From a virus: a stretch of 64,000 bases of DNA. The notes beneath the pieces were generated by a model. It was not told the DNA's origin. It ran no database searches and saw nothing but the letters and a program-made list of their open reading frames with translations. The stretch is from IMG/VR virus record IMGVR_UViG_3300037067_022543. One strand, 5' to 3'. This document shows positions 19,179 through 28,901 of the stretch, piece after piece (positions within the stretch are counted from its first letter, which is position 1; each line of letters opens with the position of its first letter). The position numbers were made by a program, and so were the translations under genes.

Positions 19179-19385
19179 CTATGTTGTTTTTTTCAACGGT
19201 TGGGATGTCCATCCGCACCAAGCGCAACTACCCGTAGCAACTGCCGGTGCCCAATTCTCTCTACCTCTTTCTGGTTCGCAATTGAAACATCTGACTAAGA
19301 ATAATTTTCCAGATTTGTCTCTAAAATTTGGATGTTTATCTTGAATACACTTATTTCGTATTTTCATGAAATGATTATACAACAA
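19179..19385 (-). CDS. small zinc-ribbon protein (68 aa)
   Basis: CFNCEPERG...CAWCGW. Confidence 0.35.
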   Translation of the reverse strand: MLYNHFMKIRNKCIQDKHPNFRDKSGKLFLVRCFNCEPERGRENWAPAVATGSCAWCGWTSQPLKKTT

Positions 19386-19418
19386 ATATAAAAAAACAAT
19401 GAATTTTAAAAAAATAAA

Positions 19419-19739
19419 TTATATGACATTATCAGGATTTAGAACTTCTCCCCATCTAATTTTATCTATGTCTATGTCATTAGAAGAAAGACCATCCAAT
19501 GTTATTTGTATGCCGCTACCGGACATGGCTTCTCTCAATTTACCATAAGCTATTTCTGCACACAGTTCTTTAATAGCTACTATTTTTTGTTCATTGGTCA
19601 TGTTTTTATCTAAAATAACTTTTGCACATCTATCGTCAGATTCAATTTCCCATTCTTCCATAAAAATCTCAACTCTGGCTTCTTTATCAAATCTCATAAA
19701 ATCTTGTGATGAGTCCCTAGATATTTTCTTTATATTCAT
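19419..19739 (-). CDS. hypothetical protein (106 aa)
   Basis: SD TAAGGAGAAGAC before the ATG. Confidence 0.5.
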   Translation of the reverse strand: MNIKKISRDSSQDFMRFDKEARVEIFMEEWEIESDDRCAKVILDKNMTNEQKIVAIKELCAEIAYGKLREAMSGSGIQITLDGLSSNDIDIDKIRWGEVLNPDNVI

Positions 19740-19785
19740 GTCTTCTCCTTAACCCACAAATTTAATGCAGGATTTGTGACTTACC

Positions 19786-20148
19786 ATGTATAATGATTAT
19801 TATGATTCAATATTTTTAATGAAAATACCTTTCAAAAAAATGAAATATAGAATTAAAAGAAAAATACAAAAAAAAATTAATAGTTCTGGAAAGCAACCGT
19901 GTGAGATATGCCATGAGACTTCTATACTAATCAATCATCATATAAATGGCAGAAACATCCCAGATGCTAATAAGGAATGGAATATTGTTGCTATTTGCGA
20001 TAATTGCCATAAATTAATACACACAGGTAAAAAAATTATAGAGGGTTGGTTTTTGACTACAGATGGCAAAAAACTGTTATGGCATTATAAGGACAAAGAA
20101 AGCATAACTGGAAAATCTTCAACCCCTTACTTAATACCACAAAACTAA
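19786..20148 (+). CDS. HNH endonuclease
   Basis: CEICHE...HHINGR...NIVAICDNCHKLIH. Confidence 0.7.
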   Translation: MYNDYYDSIFLMKIPFKKMKYRIKRKIQKKINSSGKQPCEICHETSILINHHINGRNIPDANKEWNIVAICDNCHKLIHTGKKIIEGWFLTTDGKKLLWHYKDKESITGKSSTPYLIPQN

Positions 20149-20150
20149 TT

Positions 20151-20519
20151 ATGAAAAAACACATACAAGCATTGACCAGTTCTATTTCAAAAAATAGATC
20201 TGCCTGGTTAATGGGTATATTAAATGTAATTGCGTCTATTATAATAGCAAGCGGTGGAGTAGATATTGCTCAAAATAAAACAGAAATAACCCAAAATAGA
20301 AGCGAAATATTCCAAAGCAAAGAAACAATTGCAACATTACACAAAAGAATAACCAATCTAGAAACAGAATTGAAAGAACGCGATACAAAGAATGAAGTTC
20401 AATTAGCAAAATTATTAATAGAAATTAATTGTCTTAAGGTTCACAGAATAGAATTGCGTGAAGATATTAATAGTTTGTCTCACAGAATAGACAGCATTAT
20501 GAGAAACAACTTGCAATAA
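20151..20519 (+). CDS. hypothetical membrane/coiled-coil protein
   Basis: N-terminal hydrophobic helix and heptad-like repeats; follows the HNH gene. Confidence 0.45.
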   Translation: MKKHIQALTSSISKNRSAWLMGILNVIASIIIASGGVDIAQNKTEITQNRSEIFQSKETIATLHKRITNLETELKERDTKNEVQLAKLLIEINCLKVHRIELREDINSLSHRIDSIMRNNLQ

Positions 20520-20525
20520 TTAGCT

Positions 20526-21653
20526 TCAAAAATCAAATAATGTTGATTTTTCTTTTGTTTCATTTTTTTCAACAATAGAAACAGAAGGAGAAACAGTTGA
20601 TTCTTCTTGTCTTTTAAAGATAATAATTTCTTTGCTCAATGATTTAATACTGTATTTTTCAAAATATTCTTGCAATTTATCAATTTGTGATTCATTTTCT
20701 TTTATTTCTGGTAAATCATTAATATCATCATCTACTTTTTTTAAGGAATATGCCACATCTAATCTATCTTGATACATTAATAACATTATTGCCTTTTGAG
20801 GTATAGGATCAATTTTCTTCCATTCTATAGCCAATGCAACTCCACTAAAAGGCATACCGTAATAAACATCTGGATATTTTTGCTTACCTGACTTGGTTTT
20901 TTGTAATCTTAAACTCTCTAAATCCAACATTGATTCTATTGCAGGGAAACTATCTTCTAAATGAGAATATTTTTTAACATAATAATTTAAAACATTTTTA
21001 TATGAAATGTGTTTTTGTATTTCTTCAAAAGACGTTTTATCCCCCCAAGATGGAATCCCAAAAATGTTATCTCCATTATCCCCCATTAATGCCCCTACAT
21101 CAACATATTGTTCCGGAGTTATCTTGTTATCTTTTTCAAAATCTTGCTTGGTAATTATTCTAAGGCGAAGCCCATCCCAAATGGAAACATTATCATGTAA
21201 AATTTGATAATAATCATGGTCTGTTGTGGAAACAATTATATTGTTATAGTCTCTCAATAATTTGCAATAGCTAGATATAACATCATCGGCTTCAAATTCG
21301 GGAAGATAAACCTGTTGAATCCCAGTATAATTAACGGCTTCTTGTAGTTGAGGAAGCTGATTATAAAAATCTATAAACTTTTCATCAGTCTTATTCTTTT
21401 CCCTGTTTGCCTTATATACTGATGGTATAATTTGCATTTTGCATTTTTCGGAAGATAGTTGCATTCTTCTTTTAGATTTGCCATCCCAACAAATAACAAA
21501 AGTACGATCCCTGAAATTCTTTTTTAGAGAAATTAGTGCCTTAAAAAATCCATAATGAATTCCAGTATGAATTCCCATGGAATCTTTTAAATCCCAAGAA
21601 CCAAAGGCCGATCTTATTGCCAAATTGTTTCCATCAATTAATAAATATTGCAT
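20526..21653 (-). CDS. 5'-3' exonuclease / flap endonuclease (T5 D15 / Pol I N-terminal type)
   Basis: MQYLLIDGNNLAIRSAF N-terminus (PIN-like FEN motif); size 375 aa. Confidence 0.8.
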   Translation of the reverse strand: MQYLLIDGNNLAIRSAFGSWDLKDSMGIHTGIHYGFFKALISLKKNFRDRTFVICWDGKSKRRMQLSSEKCKMQIIPSVYKANREKNKTDEKFIDFYNQLPQLQEAVNYTGIQQVYLPEFEADDVISSYCKLLRDYNNIIVSTTDHDYYQILHDNVSIWDGLRLRIITKQDFEKDNKITPEQYVDVGALMGDNGDNIFGIPSWGDKTSFEEIQKHISYKNVLNYYVKKYSHLEDSFPAIESMLDLESLRLQKTKSGKQKYPDVYYGMPFSGVALAIEWKKIDPIPQKAIMLLMYQDRLDVAYSLKKVDDDINDLPEIKENESQIDKLQEYFEKYSIKSLSKEIIIFKRQEESTVSPSVSIVEKNETKEKSTLFDF

Positions 21654-21667
21654 AGTTTGTTGTCCTT

Positions 21668-22852
21668 CTAATTAATTCTATGTTTTTTAACATAAACTTT
21701 ATCGTTGTTGGTAAGTTTTAAATGAACAAATTTAAAGTTTGACTTTAAAATATTTTCAACATGTTTTTTTTTATTGTTAATTTTATTCATATATTTATTG
21801 AAAATATATGCCTTTTTACCCCACCCTCGTGACATTTTATTATAACTAGTTACCTCAAAATAAGTATTTATTTCAGGAATATAAAAATCATATCTCTTTT
21901 TTCCAAAACCTTTATAAAGTCCATTTATTTTTATTTCTTTGTATTTATTTTTTAATGAAGTTAAATAAAAATATGCCTCGGTAAAAGAATCAAATTTGGT
22001 ATTGTCATCTAAAATTATTTTTACGCATAACGGACATCCATTTCCTCCGATAGACCTATTACATATTGCAGACTTCCATTCGTGCCCAGCCTTACACTTC
22101 CACCACACCTTTTTACGCGATTTACTTACTACATCTTTTGGAGTTAATTTGTTATTTCTATCATAATTCCATTCTTTTGCTAATTCTGGATTCTTTGTTA
22201 CTAAACAAGTTTCACTACAAACTTTGTGGCCGGAACAATAAGGGCAACCCCCTCCGCTAGCCCTGTAGCTAATATTAGCTTCCCATTCGTGCCCCTTTAT
22301 GCATTTCCACCATACTTTTTTATTACTAGTTGCTCCAACATTTTTCGGCATTAAATCTTTATTCTTAACATAATTCCACTCCCTACATAAATTTTTATTT
22401 AAAAATGCTAAAGAATTATCTTTACATATTTTTTGATTACAACAATATGGGCAACATCTTCCATCGTTTCGATTATTTATTTGTGCCACCCATTCGTGAC
22501 CATTTTTGCATTTCCACCATACTTTTTTATTACTACCTGTCGTAAAATCTTTTGGTGAAATTCCAATATTTTTTTTATAATTCCATTCTTTTACCAATTT
22601 TGGATTTATAGTAGCCAAACAATTGTCTGGACACACTTTGTGGCCAGAACAATAAGGACAACTACAACCATTATTTCTATCATTTATTTTGGCTCTCCAA
22701 CTATGACCATTTTTGCATTTCCACCATACTTCTTTATGACTACCAAAACTAACATCCTTGGGAGTTAAACCCATGTTCTTTTCAACATCCCACTCTTTGG
22801 AAAAATCCGGCCTAACAATTGATAATCTGTTTTTATTATTTAGTTTTTTCAT
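21668..22852 (-). CDS. zinc-ribbon repeat protein (4-5 repeats of WWKCKNGHEW...CPYCSG; DUF4379-like) with C-terminal Vsr/DUF559-like nuclease-fold domain
   Basis: Repeats GSNKKVWWKCKNGHEWVAQINNR..CPYC; C-terminal RYDFYIPEINTYFEV resembles the DUF559 core. Confidence 0.6.
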   Translation of the reverse strand: MKKLNNKNRLSIVRPDFSKEWDVEKNMGLTPKDVSFGSHKEVWWKCKNGHSWRAKINDRNNGCSCPYCSGHKVCPDNCLATINPKLVKEWNYKKNIGISPKDFTTGSNKKVWWKCKNGHEWVAQINNRNDGRCCPYCCNQKICKDNSLAFLNKNLCREWNYVKNKDLMPKNVGATSNKKVWWKCIKGHEWEANISYRASGGGCPYCSGHKVCSETCLVTKNPELAKEWNYDRNNKLTPKDVVSKSRKKVWWKCKAGHEWKSAICNRSIGGNGCPLCVKIILDDNTKFDSFTEAYFYLTSLKNKYKEIKINGLYKGFGKKRYDFYIPEINTYFEVTSYNKMSRGWGKKAYIFNKYMNKINNKKKHVENILKSNFKFVHLKLTNNDKVYVKKHRIN

Positions 22853-22945
22853 TTATACTCCTATATTATATAGGATTATTCTATATATGCCTATAAAATT
22901 CCTTTATTGGTAAGTTGTTTCCGTCAATCAATAAATAGTTCATTT

Positions 22946-23887
22946 CTACTCCTTGCTATTAATTAAAACTCCACCATGCAAATTTGAAAGTGTTTCTTCA
23001 TCTATCCTTTGAGAATCTATTAAATCTATATATTGCTTTGAATTACCCCAATTCTTGTGTTCTTTAAAAAATGATTCCTTATAATGTTTAAGAGTTGGAT
23101 CATTTAATTCTCCTATGTAACTCATGGTTGTGCAAATACTACTACTGTTTAGGCCATGCACAAAATCAAGTATATCATTTCCTTCTCCAAGAAAATCATC
23201 CATGCAAATATTATTATAAGAACCAATAGATATTTCTTTTTCAACAACATCTTTCTTATCTGGATTAACAAGATGGTTTTCAAGTTCTTTTATATCTAAT
23301 ATTGGCTCTATTATAGAATAATTATATTTCTCAAACATTTCTAATTTATGTTCCAAATGCTTTTTAAGAGTTTCTTTTTTAAAAGAAAAAGAAGACAAAT
23401 AAACATGGGGCATTGATTTAATAAAACCATAATAAGTAATAAAACAAGTGTTATTTTGACAATAGGTTAATTCTTTATTTTCTATCAGTTTAGATACTGT
23501 TGAAATGTAGTTCTTGGGATACAAACAATCATGTTCCATTAAAATAATAATATCTCCATTACACTTATTTAAAGAAAATATAAGTTGTTTAATAATAGTT
23601 TTAACAGAATACTCCATTTTTCCAAGAACATATGCCTTGCAATTAACATCATCAATATTAACTATAATATTCTTAGATATACAATTGTCAAACTTTTTAC
23701 TTTTGCTTTTACAGTCCCTTAAATTGGCATACTGAAAACCATTAGTTACAGGATAATGAGATGTAACTATTAATTCACAGTTGTTTTCCCTGCAATGACT
23801 AATACAAGATTCCAATGTAAACTTTAGAATACTTGGGGAAATAAGGTTATGGGTATAATAGAATACTGAAGTTTTAATTGATTTCAC
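22946..23887 (-). CDS. hypothetical protein, possible nucleotide-sugar glycosyltransferase
   Basis: Adjacent to the GT11 gene; MEHD and IDDV acidic motifs; weak. Confidence 0.4.
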   Translation of the reverse strand: MKSIKTSVFYYTHNLISPSILKFTLESCISHCRENNCELIVTSHYPVTNGFQYANLRDCKSKSKKFDNCISKNIIVNIDDVNCKAYVLGKMEYSVKTIIKQLIFSLNKCNGDIIILMEHDCLYPKNYISTVSKLIENKELTYCQNNTCFITYYGFIKSMPHVYLSSFSFKKETLKKHLEHKLEMFEKYNYSIIEPILDIKELENHLVNPDKKDVVEKEISIGSYNNICMDDFLGEGNDILDFVHGLNSSSICTTMSYIGELNDPTLKHYKESFFKEHKNWGNSKQYIDLIDSQRIDEETLSNLHGGVLINSKE

Positions 23888-24737
23888 CTTTGGCTATTTT
23901 AAATATGGTTTCTCTTTTTTCAAAAAAATAATCGCTTTCTTTTGGTATTTCTCTAACATAATTATACCTATTTTCGTCGTCTACTATTAAATTAACTTTA
24001 CCTCTTTTTATCCATCTTTCAGACCAATTTCCTCCAGAACTAAATGGAAGATAAATTTCTTTTGCGTTAGATAACCATGCAATCCACCAAGAATATGTGC
24101 TTTGACTAATAATCATTCTGTTGAAAAATGATGCAAAACTATAATGAACAAATGCATTGCCAAATAAGAAAATTGGATTATAATCATTAAACTTGTTAAA
24201 TGTTTCAGATTCAATTTCATCTGAAATTATAAATATTCTATTGAATTTAATATTCTTAAGTATTTTATCAAAATAATTAAACTTCAAATCTAATCTTAAA
24301 TCAATAAAATCACCTAACCTTTGAACAATTATAATATCATCAATATTTATTTTATCAACATTTATTTTCTCAAAAGAATTGTTTTTTCTTATTCTAAAAT
24401 CCAAATCTGAAATATTATTTATTTTCAAATCTGGTTTTAACCATTGTTTTATTTTTTCTTTGTGATTTTTATAAAATCTATATTGCTGCAAACTATATGG
24501 CATAACAAGTTGATGATGCTTATTATTTTCTATATCTTTTATAGTTTCGTCTACATTATGAAGATCTATTCTGATTTGGTTTTCTTTATGTTCTTCTCCA
24601 ACTATTGGAATTGTATTTGAAAAGCCTTCTATTTTTTTACAACGCAAAGCATAACCGAATCGTTCGGACAATATTCTGCCCAGACAATAAACAAAAAACC
24701 TATTTCCCATTCCCCCACGATATTTAAGTTGAATCAT
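23874..24737 (-). CDS. glycosyltransferase family 11 (alpha-1,2-fucosyltransferase-like)
   Basis: N-terminal GGMGNRFFVY matches the GT11 GGxGNQxFQY motif. Confidence 0.6.
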   Translation of the reverse strand: MIQLKYRGGMGNRFFVYCLGRILSERFGYALRCKKIEGFSNTIPIVGEEHKENQIRIDLHNVDETIKDIENNKHHQLVMPYSLQQYRFYKNHKEKIKQWLKPDLKINNISDLDFRIRKNNSFEKINVDKINIDDIIIVQRLGDFIDLRLDLKFNYFDKILKNIKFNRIFIISDEIESETFNKFNDYNPIFLFGNAFVHYSFASFFNRMIISQSTYSWWIAWLSNAKEIYLPFSSGGNWSERWIKRGKVNLIVDDENRYNYVREIPKESDYFFEKRETIFKIAKGEIN

Positions 24738-24895
24738 CTTTTCACTTTATTTAAAATATTTTATTTTTATAAGCTGAAACAACAAAATCATTATTACTGA
24801 AATAATTTACTATTTTATTAATTTTATCTTTTCTCTACTTGAAAATTCTTTAGGATTACTAATAAATAGCCACTTACATCCCAGATATGAATGTT

Positions 24896-25864
24896 TCATG
24901 GTTTTATGCTCTGGGAACAAATAAGATCTTTATTATCCCAGAAATGTTTTAATGCTACCTGTGTCAATCTCTCAACAAATTGTGCAGGACTATCACCTTC
25001 TCCCTTTTCTACTATTTTATCAATAAACTCAGGACAATCTGACAATATCCTTTTAGCTATTTTTATCCTACAATCCTTATCTAATTTCTTTAATTCAAAT
25101 GCCCTATCTATTCTGCCTGGTCTAGTTGAAATATTTGTTCCGTTAGGATCTTTATCAGTTCTTGGCTTCCCTAACGCTTCATCTAATAATTCTACTCTAT
25201 TCGTAGTTACTATGAGAAATAATCCATCTGTATTTTGAACACCGTCTATGCAATTTAAAAAACAATCAAATGTTAATAAATCTAAATTATTATTTCTATT
25301 TCTAACATTTTCTCTGCCGTTAAAAACAGCATCAACATCTTCAATTAATGCTATACATGGAGTACTTCCTAACATATTTGACCATTCTTTGCAAAATTCA
25401 TAATTAGACATACCAGAAATATCAAAAAAATGAATTGGTAAATCAAGATGCTGACCTATTGCCTTAGCTAAAGAAGTCTTACCTGTATTATGAGAAACTA
25501 TATGATTTGAATAATAACTATGTGCGTTGCTTTTTACTTCAATGTCGTAAGTATCTTTAATGCCAATATATTCTTTTGCAATTACTTTATCTAAACCAGT
25601 TTCTGTTAAAACAGAGTCTTTCCCAACCACAATGTCTTCTGCCGATTTCCATTTTTTATTTTTGCTCATAACCAAATGATCATCGGAACATCCTAAAGAT
25701 AGTCCACCATTAGTTCTCAATATGTATGCATTTTTATTTTTTTTATTATAAACATCTCCTATTTCCATCCACCCATCGGGAGTTTCTATTTCGTATATTC
25801 CGTCTTCATCAACTATTTTAAAAAAATCTTCTATTGAAATTTCTTTTTCGTCTCCAATTTGCAT
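24896..25864 (-). CDS. C-terminal intein fragment (~129 aa) fused to the C-extein of a BCS1-like AAA+ ATPase
   Basis: Intein block B LGCSDDHLVMS and blocks F/G DTYDIEVKSNAHSYYSNHIVSHN, followed by +1 Thr and TGKTSLAKAIG (second half of Walker A); sensor LIVTTN; SD AGGA 6 nt before the ATG. Confidence 0.7.
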   Translation of the reverse strand: MQIGDEKEISIEDFFKIVDEDGIYEIETPDGWMEIGDVYNKKNKNAYILRTNGGLSLGCSDDHLVMSKNKKWKSAEDIVVGKDSVLTETGLDKVIAKEYIGIKDTYDIEVKSNAHSYYSNHIVSHNTGKTSLAKAIGQHLDLPIHFFDISGMSNYEFCKEWSNMLGSTPCIALIEDVDAVFNGRENVRNRNNNLDLLTFDCFLNCIDGVQNTDGLFLIVTTNRVELLDEALGKPRTDKDPNGTNISTRPGRIDRAFELKKLDKDCRIKIAKRILSDCPEFIDKIVEKGEGDSPAQFVERLTQVALKHFWDNKDLICSQSIKP

Positions 25865-25902
25865 ATTATATCCTAATCTCTATTTTTATACTTGTCTACA
25901 AG

Positions 25903-26784
25903 CTACTGGACTATTATTTTTTTGTGCTTGCCATCATTGGACTTTTTTCTTATTTTTATCTTTGTTTCAGCAAGAACACATCCAGGGCTTCCGAAAAGTA
26001 GCCACCCTCTTTTCCAAGGGATAGATTTTGACCTATACCACTTCTCGCTATCCTTCCATCTTTCCATTTCTCCTACTAATGCATCTATTTCTTTTGGAAA
26101 AGCTAATACTTGCAAACTTCTTTTTTCGTCTTGATCTTCTCCTATATCATCAACTTTATATTTTAATATTCTTTTATCTCCAAGAAAAACATCTACATTG
26201 CATGTTATTGTTGCCATTCCTCCATCAGATGGAGCATACTTAGCTGTTTTTTCATCACCATTGCAAGATCGTCCTATGTGTCTATAAATCGTAAATCTAG
26301 ATCTTTTATCATTTTTAATACTCCTTTGATTTAATAACTCTATAGCGTCTATCATTAATTGTTCAATATCAAATGTTCCTCTAATAAAAGAAATAGATGC
26401 AGAACGTTGTTCTCCAATTTCAGATGATGTAACGGGCCTGTTATCATCCTTATTATCAGACATTGAAATAATTAATGGTTTCCAACCCTTCCAAAAAATT
26501 GTTTTGTCTTTAAAATTGACTTCTTCATATCCAATTATATGATGCTTTTTTATACTTTTGATATAATCTCTAAATGTTGAAAAAGAAAGCGGTTGAAATG
26601 GTGATCTTCTAAAATTTTTGACTAAATATACTTCCATCGCTTTTGGCAAATTTCTATCAATTCTAATAGTGACAATAAATAAACTTGATACTCTAGAAAA
26701 TAAAAACTTAATTTTACTCCAAACCAAACCAATAGTGGTAAATATTGCAGCTCCACCAAATACTGTTTCTAAATTATTTAACAT
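25903..26784 (-). CDS. N-extein of BCS1-like AAA+ ATPase (TM anchor, ...KRGWLLFGSPG) fused to a 25-aa N-terminal intein fragment (CVLAETKIKIRKKSNDGKHKKIIVQ)
   Basis: The extein ends in the first half of Walker A (GSPG), directly followed by Cys1 and block-A-like CVLAET; stop after 25 intein residues. Confidence 0.7.
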   Translation of the reverse strand: MLNNLETVFGGAAIFTTIGLVWSKIKFLFSRVSSLFIVTIRIDRNLPKAMEVYLVKNFRRSPFQPLSFSTFRDYIKSIKKHHIIGYEEVNFKDKTIFWKGWKPLIISMSDNKDDNRPVTSSEIGEQRSASISFIRGTFDIEQLMIDAIELLNQRSIKNDKRSRFTIYRHIGRSCNGDEKTAKYAPSDGGMATITCNVDVFLGDKRILKYKVDDIGEDQDEKRSLQVLAFPKEIDALVGEMERWKDSEKWYRSKSIPWKRGWLLFGSPGCVLAETKIKIRKKSNDGKHKKIIVQ

Positions 26785-26865
26785 AATATTTCTACAAAAT
26801 TAAAAGATAATTTATAAAGTTTATTGAACAATTATACAACAAAATATGAAAGGGAGATATTATTT

Positions 26866-27066
26866 ATGAGCATAGATACAGGTCAGGAAATTCCAAAAGA
26901 AATGGACATATTTTATAGTTCCTTAAGTTCATTTATTCCAACCGGCAAAACTTGGTCTGATTTAACTCCCCAAGAACAAGAAGAAATAAAAAATAAATAC
27001 AGATTTTCACCCATGAAACCTGGTATATATCAAGGTATCACAGGTATTGGAACAGATCCTTGCTGA
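26866..27066 (+). CDS. hypothetical small protein
   Basis: ATG at 26866 preceded by GGGAG; the track ORF 26824..27066 starts at an upstream TTG. Confidence 0.4.
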   Translation: MSIDTGQEIPKEMDIFYSSLSSFIPTGKTWSDLTPQEQEEIKNKYRFSPMKPGIYQGITGIGTDPC

Positions 27067-27083
27067 AATATCCGTTATTTAAA

Positions 27084-27293
27084 TTATTTCACAATATTGC
27101 CCAATAATTTGCCTAAATAATCAACAGCTTCTTTTTTTACAATCTTCCCTATACGATCTTTATATCCGAACAAACTTTCTTTATAATGATCTATAGGTGG
27201 CTTCTCTATATCTCCACAGAAATCTTCCCACTTATCATATGCTGGTTCTATTCCAGAAATTATTCCCAATGCCAATATTATTTTTGTTTTCAT
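27084..27293 (-). CDS. small secreted protein (signal peptide MKTKIILALGIISG)
   Basis: Hydrophobic N-terminus. Confidence 0.4.
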   Translation of the reverse strand: MKTKIILALGIISGIEPAYDKWEDFCGDIEKPPIDHYKESLFGYKDRIGKIVKKEAVDYLGKLLGNIVK

Positions 27294-27325
27294 GTTGGCT
27301 GTTATTCAACATTTTGAAAATCTTA

Positions 27326-27775
27326 CTACATATTTTTTCTGCAATAAAAAAACGCCACAATTCCTCCAATAACAAAACATATAAAAAATATTAAAAATGG
27401 AAGATTATCATTCTGTTTTTTAATTAACTTTGCGTTTTCAATTGTTGGGCCAATAGTAATATTATTATCTATATTAGTTTTTAAAATATGGGAATGTGCC
27501 GAATGATACAAAAATATTGGGACAACATTATAAAATTGTTTATACTGCGATATTCTGAAATTATAATACATAGGATTGTTTATAATTGGTTTTCTTACCA
27601 TCCTATATGGTTTTACCATTTTAGAAGGGTTTGGTCTATTAACATGTATAGAACGATTAATATGGGTTGAATGATTAATATGTACGGAATGACTAATATG
27701 TACCGGCCTAGCAAAACAAATAGTTCCCCAAATAAACATAAATATAATTAATGTCTGTGTATTTATTGTTTTCAT
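27326..27775 (-). CDS. secreted/membrane His-rich repeat protein
   Basis: Signal peptide, repeats VHISHSVHINHSTHINRSIHVNR, C-terminal TM helix. Confidence 0.5.
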   Translation of the reverse strand: MKTINTQTLIIFMFIWGTICFARPVHISHSVHINHSTHINRSIHVNRPNPSKMVKPYRMVRKPIINNPMYYNFRISQYKQFYNVVPIFLYHSAHSHILKTNIDNNITIGPTIENAKLIKKQNDNLPFLIFFICFVIGGIVAFFYCRKNM

Positions 27776-28875
27776 AAATATTTTTTATAAAAGTCTCCTC
27801 CTATTTTACCTATTGATCTAATAGCACTTGAAGAAATGTAATCGTATTCTCTACCACAAGGAATAAAAACAACCGAAATATTACCACCATATTTATCCTC
27901 AATAAATCTCAACTGATTAATCTCATAGTTGAAATCGTAACCATTTCTTAAGCCACGAATTAGTGTAACATTTGCATAGGCTTCTATTGATTTGATATAA
28001 TCTGACAAAAAACCAGAAAATGAGTCAACTTCATGAAAAGGAATTACAGATCTAATTTTATCTATATTATCATCTATATTGCCTTCTTTAAGGTTGTCTT
28101 TTTCTGGATTGCGACCAACAGCAATAATTACCTTATCAAAAAGCTTTTCTGCTTTTTCTAAAATATTACTATGCCCAATATGAAAAGGATTAAATGATCC
28201 AGCATAAATCCCAATATTTGGCACATAATTTTCTACATGTTTTATCAATAAAGAAATATTATGACGGTTTTTAAAGCACTTATCATGATTTTTCATTGAG
28301 TTTAAAAATTTAATTCTGCCTTCTTTATACTTATTATAATTATAAAATTGATATTCTTTTAAAATAAGATTATCATCTCTCAATAGTTCGTTAACATTAC
28401 CATAAATAAATGTCCATAAATCTGCCTCATTAAACCATTGAGATAATTTTGTTGTTCCTTCTTGATTTCCATACTGAGTTTCAAGAATCATTTTTTTAAT
28501 AATATTGGTATTAGATTTGTTGGCTTTCCCTGAAACAGAGCTTACAGCAACAAACCAATCTGATGAAAGTTCTTCATTATTGCTCACCCTATCTGAAGTT
28601 GGTCTTTTAGGATCATAAACCACATCATGGAAAAGAGCTACAAGTTGTAAAATTTCTCTTTCTCTGGAAGTATGATGAAATGAATCAATAAGATTAAACA
28701 AAAAACTTATGTGTTTAATATCGTGATAATACCTGTGTTTTTGTTCATAAGCATTAAGAGCATCATTAACAACTTCATTAATTCTTCCGCCAAAAAGATT
28801 ATTGGCAATTGAATTATGAAATAAAAGTTCTTCAATTGATTTTCTAATTGTTCTTTTGTCTAATAAACTTCCCAT
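27772..28875 (-). CDS. HD-domain protein fused to a phosphopantetheine adenylyltransferase (CoaD)-like nucleotidyltransferase
   Basis: N-terminal H...HD motifs (HDIKHISF, ALFHDVVYDP); C-terminal GIYAGSFNPFHIGH, LIRGLRNGYDFNYE and ISSSAIR, colinear with CoaD motifs. Confidence 0.7.
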   Translation of the reverse strand: MGSLLDKRTIRKSIEELLFHNSIANNLFGGRINEVVNDALNAYEQKHRYYHDIKHISFLFNLIDSFHHTSREREILQLVALFHDVVYDPKRPTSDRVSNNEELSSDWFVAVSSVSGKANKSNTNIIKKMILETQYGNQEGTTKLSQWFNEADLWTFIYGNVNELLRDDNLILKEYQFYNYNKYKEGRIKFLNSMKNHDKCFKNRHNISLLIKHVENYVPNIGIYAGSFNPFHIGHSNILEKAEKLFDKVIIAVGRNPEKDNLKEGNIDDNIDKIRSVIPFHEVDSFSGFLSDYIKSIEAYANVTLIRGLRNGYDFNYEINQLRFIEDKYGGNISVVFIPCGREYDYISSSAIRSIGKIGGDFYKKYL

Positions 28876-28901
28876 ATAATCTCCTCAAAACCATAGTCAT
28901 T

